Notes under the pieces: generated by a model
The model's input: the letters and a program-made list of their open reading frames with translations, nothing else
The model's database searches: none
Told to the model about the DNA's origin: nothing
Position numbers and translations under genes: made by a program
In this document: positions 1 to 4,265 of the stretch, in pieces
Layout of the letters: each line of letters begins with the position of its first letter
How positions within the stretch are numbered: the first letter of the stretch is position 1
Origin: Candidatus Woesearchaeota archaeon
Lineage (GTDB): Archaea > Nanobdellota > Nanobdellia > Pacearchaeales > GW2011-AR1
Direction: 5' to 3'
DNA length: 7,576 nt
Assembly: GCA_964430085.1 (NCBI GenBank)
Contig: CAYSES010000005.1
Coordinates: 1-7,576, forward strand

Positions 1-18
1 TATTTTAATCATACTTTT

Positions 19-219
19 ATGGAAGAAGAAATGAAAAACAAACAAACTTCTGAAGAGACTTCAGAAGAAAATATGCCTAAAGAAAAGGCTCCAGAAGAGA
101 ATAAAGAAGAACCTATGGCAGAGACTCCTAAAGAAGAGGAAATGCCTAAGGAAGAAGAAAAAGAAGAAGTTTCTGAAAAGAAACCTGAAGAAGAATCTTC
201 TGAACAAACAAGCGAATAG
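19..219 (+). CDS. Hypothetical hyper-acidic Glu/Lys-rich low-complexity protein (66 aa from the first ATG)
   Basis: ORF ATG19 to TAG217-219. By my count 27 Glu and 10 Lys in 66 residues, with no Asp or Arg, and repeated PKE(E/K) units. The six codons upstream (nt 1-18, YFNHTF) contain no stop, so this could also be the C-terminal tail of a longer protein starting outside the window. Two T6 runs follow it. The composition could also arise from non-coding purine-rich DNA. Confidence 0.4.
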   Translation: MEEEMKNKQTSEETSEENMPKEKAPEENKEEPMAETPKEEEMPKEEEKEEVSEKKPEEESSEQTSE

Positions 220-230
220 TTAGAATCTAA

Positions 231-250
231 TTGCTTTTTTAATTTTTTAT
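231..250 (+). terminator. Oligo-T tracts downstream of the acidic ORF (possible archaeal-type termination signal)
   Basis: ttgcTTTTTTaaTTTTTTat: T6 at 235-240 and T6 at 243-248, 16-30 nt after the stop codon. There is no convincing GC hairpin. Oligo-T is the usual archaeal terminator signal but is also common by chance in AT-rich DNA. Confidence 0.3.
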
Positions 251-251
251 T

Positions 252-269
252 GAGGTGGGGTGGCGGGAG
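252..269 (+). other. Isolated G-rich island GAGGTGGGGTGGCGGGAG in AT-rich intergenic DNA
   Basis: 14 of 18 bases are G, arranged as runs GG, GGGG, GG, GGG, and flanked on both sides by almost pure A/T. Function unknown (see finding). Confidence 0.3.
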
Positions 270-303
270 TTTATTATTTTGAAATTCTAGAAAGAGAACC
301 ATT

Positions 304-315
304 AATTTTAAATAA
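304..315 (+). promoter_or_regulatory. TATA-box-like element upstream of the 269-aa ORF
   Basis: aattttaaataa is centred about 27 nt upstream of ATG337, and no purine-rich SD lies between them. Five other gene starts in the window show the same geometry. Confidence 0.4.
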
Positions 316-336
316 TTCTTTTTTTATTATTCCAAA

Positions 337-1146
337 ATGGTTAAGAATAGAAAATATGTAAAAACAGATATAACCTTCCCAACTTCTTTATTTTACCCCC
401 TTGTAAAATCTTGTTTCAGTACACGGATAAAAAGAAAAAATTGTTATAAGTTTGTAATACCCGACGTTCTACAATTGCATTTTATGTTCAGCAATTTTAA
501 AGGTCTTGGAAAACTTATAGCTTCCAAATCAACTATGGGGAAATATAATTTTGTCCCTTCAGATGAAAATTTATCAGAGTATAAGGAAAAAATAAAAAAT
601 TGTTATGAGACAACTGTTTTGACTCTTAAAGTTCCCTATGAAACTTTCATTAAAACAAGAAGTGCATGTTATCATGGGGGCGATATAATGAATTTTAAAG
701 AAAAAGGAATTAGTGATGAAACTATATTAAAGGAAATTGATGAAGATGCTCTTGCATATACATACTGGTGTATGTCTGAGATTAGGAAGGGAAAGAGAAT
801 TGGGGTTATGGCTTACAAAAGAGGGCAGCCTGATAAATTAGGGAATTACCCAAAAAAAGGAAGTCCAGATTTAGATACTTTTGTTGAATTGCCAATGCAA
901 TGTTTTTTCCCAAAATATAATAAAAAGAAAGGATTTTGTATAGAAGATGCCGATTTTATAGTTAATGCTCCTAAAAGAAGTGAAGAATTTTTTTTAGAAA
1001 TGTTAAGTTATTTTAAAAAAGGGATTAGTGAAAATAAAGATAAAGAATTTCTTCATTTTTTGGAAGACAAGATACGTTTTTATTCTGTCCGGCTTGATTG
1101 GGATTGTAATAAATTTTTTAAAAAAATGGGGTGGGAATACAAATGA
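337..1146 (+). CDS. Hypothetical protein, 269 aa, no family recognised
   Basis: Long ORF with ordinary globular composition. It sits at promoter-like spacing from the 304-315 box. Its stop overlaps the next start (ATGA at 1143-1146). Alternative in-frame starts exist at ATG484 and ATG535. I recognise no catalytic motif. Confidence 0.6.
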   Translation: MVKNRKYVKTDITFPTSLFYPLVKSCFSTRIKRKNCYKFVIPDVLQLHFMFSNFKGLGKLIASKSTMGKYNFVPSDENLSEYKEKIKNCYETTVLTLKVPYETFIKTRSACYHGGDIMNFKEKGISDETILKEIDEDALAYTYWCMSEIRKGKRIGVMAYKRGQPDKLGNYPKKGSPDLDTFVELPMQCFFPKYNKKKGFCIEDADFIVNAPKRSEEFFLEMLSYFKKGISENKDKEFLHFLEDKIRFYSVRLDWDCNKFFKKMGWEYK

Positions 1147-1358
1147 ACAATTTAAGAAAAGTTTGTATTTCAGAAGGTATGTGTTTTATGAAGAGAATCT
1201 TAGGAACAAATTATTGTAATTTAGGAAATTCAAAAGATAATATTGATTGCATGTACTTTGGGAAAAGGGATAAAAATGATCTCCATATTTGTAATTATAA
1301 CGAAGCAGAAGAGTGGGGGATAAAAAGAGTTGATTCAGAAATAATTGATCTTAATTAA
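1143..1358 (+). CDS. Small Cys-rich hypothetical protein, 71 aa (from ATG1143)
   Basis: ATG1143 overlaps the upstream TGA (ATGA). The G-rich stretch GGGGTGGG at 1128-1135 lies 7 nt upstream and is SD-like. Five Cys (positions 8, 14, 25, 36, 50) and His48 in 71 aa. The ORF-track start at 1131 is a GTG; I prefer ATG1143 because of the coupling geometry. Confidence 0.5.
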   Translation: MNNLRKVCISEGMCFMKRILGTNYCNLGNSKDNIDCMYFGKRDKNDLHICNYNEAEEWGIKRVDSEIIDLN

Positions 1359-1364
1359 TGAACA

Positions 1365-1376
1365 ATTTTTAAATTA
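1365..1376 (+). promoter_or_regulatory. TATA-box-like element upstream of the PP-loop ATPase gene
   Basis: atttttaaatta is centred about 25 nt upstream of ATG1395, with no SD. The T5 run may also terminate the preceding unit. Confidence 0.4.
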
Positions 1377-1394
1377 ATATTCATAAATAATTAT

Positions 1395-2210
1395 ATGGAA
1401 TTAGAACAAAAAGTTAAACAAACACTTAAAAAAATAAATCTGAATAAGAAAGAAAAAATACTTGTGGCATTATCTGGAGGAAAGGATTCTGCAGTAACTG
1501 CCCACATTCTAAAAAAATTTGGTTTTGATATTGAAGGATTTCATATTGATTTGGGAATGGGAGAGTATAGTAAAAGGTGTTTGGTTGCTGTAAAAAAACT
1601 TTGTGATAATTTGGGAATAAACCTCCACATTTATAACATAAAGAAAGAAATGGGGAGTTCAATGTGTTACATAAGAAGTGCCATACAAACAGGGCAGGGA
1701 AAGGGATTAAAAAATTGTGCAATTTGCGGTGTTATAAAAAAGTGGATTATGAACAGAGAGGCCAGAAAATTAAAAGTTAATAAGATAGCAACAGGACACA
1801 ATCTTGATGATGAAACTCAAACTTTCTTAATGAATATATTAAAGGGAAGCCCACAACTTAGTGCAAATTCCGGAGCAATTACAAGAAATATATCTGATAA
1901 GAAATTCATAACAAGGATAAAACCTCTTTTTTACACAGCGGAAGAGGATATAAAAAAATATTCAAAAAAAATGAAACTTCCTGTGGTTTATGAAAAATGC
2001 CCATGTTTATTGGATTCTTACAGAAAAGAAGTAAGACATTTTACAGAGTCTTTAACAAAAAAAGAAAAAGAAAATATCATGAAAAATTTTGACAGACTTT
2101 CTGATAAGATTCAGAAATTGAAGGTAGAAGAAAAATTAAATTACTGTGAACTTTGTGGAGAACCTTCAAGGAAAAAGATTTGTAAAATGTGTCAAATGGT
2201 TAAAAGATGA
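1395..2210 (+). CDS. PP-loop ATP pyrophosphatase, TtuA/Ncs6/TtcA-type Fe-S tRNA 2-thiolation enzyme
   Basis: SGGKDS PP-loop at nt 1473-1490 (aa 27-32) and an ATGHNLDDETQTFLMN block. Cys108-x-x-Cys111 plus Cys202 (CPC) have the arrangement of the [4Fe-4S]-ligating triad of TtuA/Ncs6 enzymes. A C-terminal CxxC-x8-CxxC zinc finger spans aa 251-266. The N-terminal zinc finger found in many TtuA proteins is absent. Confidence 0.85.
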   Translation: MELEQKVKQTLKKINLNKKEKILVALSGGKDSAVTAHILKKFGFDIEGFHIDLGMGEYSKRCLVAVKKLCDNLGINLHIYNIKKEMGSSMCYIRSAIQTGQGKGLKNCAICGVIKKWIMNREARKLKVNKIATGHNLDDETQTFLMNILKGSPQLSANSGAITRNISDKKFITRIKPLFYTAEEDIKKYSKKMKLPVVYEKCPCLLDSYRKEVRHFTESLTKKEKENIMKNFDRLSDKIQKLKVEEKLNYCELCGEPSRKKICKMCQMVKR

Positions 2211-2551
2211 TTGAAAAATATCCATCTGAAATACATGATCCCTACTTAAGATTGGGTGTTAATCCTAATGCAAGTTATGAAGAGATTAAAAAAGCTTATA
2301 GAAAACTAGCACTTTACTGGCATCCAGATCGAAATAAAGACAAGAAAAGATCCCATATCGAGTTTATTGCAGTTTCTGAAGCATTTGATATATTATCCAA
2401 AAAGCAGAATAATCTAAAAAGCTCAAAAGGAACTTATAAGTATTATGATGAACTGTTTAAAAAATTCTTTGATGAAGATATTTTCTCATCGATGAAAGTA
2501 AATGATGAAGTAAGAGCAATCCTTGAAATATTTAAGGAATTTGAAGTTTAA
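2207..2551 (+). CDS. J-domain-only (DnaJ-like) protein, 114 aa
   Basis: DPYLRLGVNPNASYEEIKKAYRKLALYWHPDRNKD is a canonical J domain, with HPD at nt 2321-2329. There is no G/F region, zinc finger or substrate-binding domain. ATG2207 overlaps the upstream TGA (ATGA). Confidence 0.85.
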   Translation: MIEKYPSEIHDPYLRLGVNPNASYEEIKKAYRKLALYWHPDRNKDKKRSHIEFIAVSEAFDILSKKQNNLKSSKGTYKYYDELFKKFFDEDIFSSMKVNDEVRAILEIFKEFEV

Positions 2552-3348
2552 ATTATATTGTTATATTTTTTGAATAAATCATACATAATTTTTGCTTCAT
2601 CATCTATTTTTTGGGATTTTAATCTAGTTAAGTAATCTATTAATGGATATTTATTTCTAAAAACTCTTCTAGCCAGCCCATATAGGGGAGGATATGGGAT
2701 TTCTTTTTCATCAAGTAAGATTATTGGTTTGTTAAGGGCATAAGAAACACCCATAAAGAAAATTTGTTTTCGGTTCCATTCCCCTTTTTTTGGAAAATAT
2801 GTTAATGTCAAATCAACATCTTTGAAATCACCCAATTCATTCAAGTCTTCATATTTAATTATCTTTTTATTCAAATCTTGCAATCCAGTTAAAAGACTAA
2901 AATCTCCTGCAAAGAAGATATTTTCTGCCTTATCCATATTTTTTTCTTTTGGAATTTTCTTAGTCTTACTCTTCAAATCATAATAATTATTAAACCGTAG
3001 GAACTCTATTGCATCATCAATATCCTGATGATTCATATCCGCGAACCTTTCTAATAATGGGTCTTTCTCTTTGTTTTCATCAGCAATAATTACATAATTT
3101 CCATTTGCTTTTGAAGCTCCAATCTCCGAATAGGTCGCTGTCCCTCTTGTTTTCCCCTTGGGGAAACAAGCAAGAAAAACTGATGCCTTGATAGATCCTT
3201 TCATATCATCTTCAATTAAAGAAGATATAGAGTTTTGTCTGTTTTTTCTTGGATCAATGAAATGAAAATATGGTAATTCATCAATAATTTTATCCCTAAA
3301 ACCATAGAAACTTCCAGCAAGGTAAATGTTGGGCATATACTTTTTCAT
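2548..3348 (-). CDS. Tandem-duplicated nucleoside 2-deoxyribosyltransferase / DNPH1(Rcl)-like superfamily protein, 266 aa
   Basis: Domain 1 (aa 1 to about 125) has NIYLAG at the N-terminus and FPKGKTRGTATYSEIGASKANGNYVIIADE. This matches the family signature (hydrophobic-Y-x-A-G ... GT-x-x-E-x-G-x-A-x-x-x-G/K-P-V-I) with the nucleophile Glu75 (codon nt 3124-3126). Domain 2 (aa about 141-266) repeats the pattern as NIFFAG ... YFPKKGEWNRKQIFFMGVSYALNKPIILLDE. The assignment is by motif only. Confidence 0.7.
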   Translation of the reverse strand: MKKYMPNIYLAGSFYGFRDKIIDELPYFHFIDPRKNRQNSISSLIEDDMKGSIKASVFLACFPKGKTRGTATYSEIGASKANGNYVIIADENKEKDPLLERFADMNHQDIDDAIEFLRFNNYYDLKSKTKKIPKEKNMDKAENIFFAGDFSLLTGLQDLNKKIIKYEDLNELGDFKDVDLTLTYFPKKGEWNRKQIFFMGVSYALNKPIILLDEKEIPYPPLYGLARRVFRNKYPLIDYLTRLKSQKIDDEAKIMYDLFKKYNNII

Positions 3349-3367
3349 TATAAAAAATGATTATCTT

Positions 3368-3380
3368 CTATTTATAAGAA
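3368..3380 (-). promoter_or_regulatory. TATA-box-like element upstream of the NDT-like gene
   Basis: The minus strand reads ttcttataaatag, centred about 25 nt upstream of the ATG at 3348. No SD. Confidence 0.4.
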
Positions 3381-3397
3381 TTTATCCAATCAGAAGA

Positions 3398-3664
3398 TTA
3401 TTTTCTTTTTCTTTTTGCAGTTTTTCTTTTTGGTTTTACCCTAAATTCGCAACACTTTATCTTTGAGAATACAAAGATATAAAGAATTTCTAAAATACCT
3501 GCAGTATTTACTAATGCTAATATAACAAACCACACAACAGATTTTTGTCTAGCTGATTTCCATAAAGCAGCAAGTTTCCATGCATAAGACCAAACAAGAA
3601 TGGTAATGAAAAGCCAGATAGGAATTCCTATTTTTTCTATCATCAATTTTAAATATTCTTCCAT
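3398..3664 (-). CDS. Small membrane protein, 88 aa, two predicted TM helices with a polybasic C-terminal tail (resembles DUF5652-type proteins)
   Basis: Hydrophobic helices IPIWLFITILVWSYAW and VVWFVILALVNTAGILEILYIFVF are separated by KLAALWKSARQKS. From memory, the W-K-x-x-A-L-W-K-x-A-R ... W-F ... L-x-N-T-x-G-I-L-E-I-x-Y pattern is the DUF5652 signature, but I have not verified this. The C-terminus is KPKRKTAKRKRK. Confidence 0.7.
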   Translation of the reverse strand: MEEYLKLMIEKIGIPIWLFITILVWSYAWKLAALWKSARQKSVVWFVILALVNTAGILEILYIFVFSKIKCCEFRVKPKRKTAKRKRK

Positions 3665-3682
3665 AATTTAAATAGTATTTTA

Positions 3683-3694
3683 TTATTTAAAAAG
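3683..3694 (-). promoter_or_regulatory. TATA-box-like element upstream of the membrane-protein gene
   Basis: The minus strand reads ctttttaaataa, centred about 25 nt upstream of the ATG at 3664. No SD. Confidence 0.4.
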
Positions 3695-3779
3695 TTATCT
3701 TTAAGTTGTATATTTATGTTGTTATTTATTTGTAGATATAAATATTTAAATAGTTCTTATTTTTATAATCCTTACTTAT

Positions 3780-3795
3780 ATACAAGTTATAGACT
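3780..3795 (+). promoter_or_regulatory. Candidate NrdR box 1 (weak)
   Basis: ATACAAGTTATAGACT matches 11 of 16 positions of the NrdR-box consensus as I recall it (acaCwAtATaTwGtgt), including the conserved C...A / T...G positions. Self-complementarity is poor. The main support is the exact 15-bp spacer to box 2. Confidence 0.3.
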
Positions 3796-3803
3796 TTAAA
3801 AAA
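3794..3803 (+). promoter_or_regulatory. TATA-box-like element of the nrdR-nrdD-nrdG operon
   Basis: ctttaaaaaa is centred about 26 nt upstream of ATG3825, the same geometry as the other units. It lies in the spacer between the two candidate NrdR boxes. Confidence 0.4.
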
Positions 3804-3810
3804 GGTTGAG

Positions 3811-3826
3811 GTACAACATATTGTAT
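3811..3826 (+). promoter_or_regulatory. Candidate NrdR box 2 (overlaps the nrdR start codon)
   Basis: GTACAACATATTGTAT matches 12 of 16 positions of the recalled consensus. The core TACAACATATTGTA is 12/14 self-complementary. It sits between the TATA-like element and ATG3825. Confidence 0.45.
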
Positions 3827-4265
3827 GGAATGCCCATATTGTTTTAATAAAGAATCCAAAGTAACTGACAAAAGAGAATCTCCTGAAGGAATAAGACGGA
3901 GGCGTGAATGCCTCAAATGCGGAAAAAGATTCACAACTTATGAAAAAATTTCATTAGAAGATATATATGTAATAAAAAAAGATGGCTTGAGAGAAAAATT
4001 TGACAGAGAAAAACTTGAGCGTGGGATTAAAAAGGCCTTTGAAAGAAGACCTGTTCCATCAGACAAAATAACTAAAATGATAAATGAAATTGAAGAACAA
4101 ATAAGGAAAAGAGGGAAGAAAGAAATCAAGAGTTCTTTTATTGGAGAATTAGTTATGAAAAAGATAAAGAAATTGGATAACGTAGCTTACATAAGATTTG
4201 CTTCAGTGTATAGAGATTTTCAAGATATAAATGATTTCAAAAAAGAAATGAAGAGATTAAAATGA
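3825..4265 (+). CDS. nrdR: Transcriptional repressor NrdR (zinc ribbon + ATP-cone)
   Basis: MECPYCFNKESKVTDKRESPEGIRRRRECLKCGKRFTTYE is the hallmark NrdR zinc ribbon (Cys3, 6, 29, 32) with the RRRR-x-C-x-x-C-x-x-RFTT-x-E block. An ATP-cone follows (VIKKDG..EKFDREKL). Length is typical at 146 aa. Confidence 0.95.
   Translation: MECPYCFNKESKVTDKRESPEGIRRRRECLKCGKRFTTYEKISLEDIYVIKKDGLREKFDREKLERGIKKAFERRPVPSDKITKMINEIEEQIRKRGKKEIKSSFIGELVMKKIKKLDNVAYIRFASVYRDFQDINDFKKEMKRLK

Noticed and set aside
9-302. 97-aa Ser-rich ORF on the minus strand
   Set aside because: It is the antisense mirror of the GAA/GAG-rich acidic ORF (TTC/CTC read as Ser/Phe/Leu) and also runs through the G-rich island and the T-tracts. 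It is a low-complexity compositional artefact.
260-361. Possible 33-codon ORF starting at GTG260, just after the SD-like GAGGTG in the G-rich island
   Set aside because: The spacing from GAGGT to GTG is only 3 nt. The product is short and unremarkable. It would run across the TATA-like box and into the start of the 337 gene in another frame. There is no support beyond the open frame.
1028-1219. 63-aa + strand ORF (GTG start) overlapping the end of the 269-aa gene and the start of the Cys-rich gene
   Set aside because: It is out of frame with two better-supported genes, and its sequence is Ile/Lys/Phe-rich as expected for off-frame AT-rich DNA. I likewise did not prefer the GTG1131 start for the Cys-rich ORF over ATG1143.
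1426-1722. 98-aa minus-strand ORF inside the PP-loop ATPase gene
   Set aside because: It is antisense to a gene with unmistakable conserved motifs and has no motifs of its own. Such open antisense frames are typical of AT-rich coding DNA.
3363-3398. 7-bp inverted repeat ATCTTCT ... AGAAGAT downstream of the membrane-protein gene, as a terminator hairpin
   Set aside because: The stem is only 7 bp and AT-rich, the loop is 22 nt, and it contains the TATA-like box of the next gene. This is too weak to call, and oligo-T termination is more plausible here.
2548-3664. NDT-like protein plus small membrane protein as an anti-phage defence pair (nucleotide-depleting effector)
   Set aside because: There is no sensor, NTPase, nuclease, TIR/SIR2 or other defence-associated domain, and no mobile-element context. 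The two genes have separate promoters, and the neighbours are housekeeping dNTP-metabolism genes. A metabolic role is the simpler explanation.
3666-3754. 11-bp direct repeat ATTTAAATAGT at 3666-3676 and 3744-3754 in the divergent control region
   Set aside because: It is pure A/T-rich sequence that resembles the generic TATA-like motif. One extra copy in a 160-bp AT-rich spacer could easily arise by chance, and no spacing logic links it to either start.
3764-3769. Perfect bacterial -10 hexamer TATAAT upstream of nrdR
   Set aside because: No acceptable -35 (TTGACA-like) lies at 16-18 bp spacing, TATAAT is expected by chance in this composition, and the other five starts fit the archaeal -25 geometry better. 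This is not fully excluded if the organism is bacterial.
3774-3787. Imperfect palindrome ACTTATATACAAGT (12/14) as an independent operator
   Set aside because: Its C-to-G spacing (12 nt) does not fit the NrdR-box core (10 nt), and it overlaps candidate box 1. It is probably a by-product of TATA-like sequence. I kept only the consensus-registered 16-mers.
3938-4129. 63-aa minus-strand ORF inside nrdR
   Set aside because: It is antisense to a confidently identified gene, with a low-complexity Ser/Phe/Ile-rich translation.
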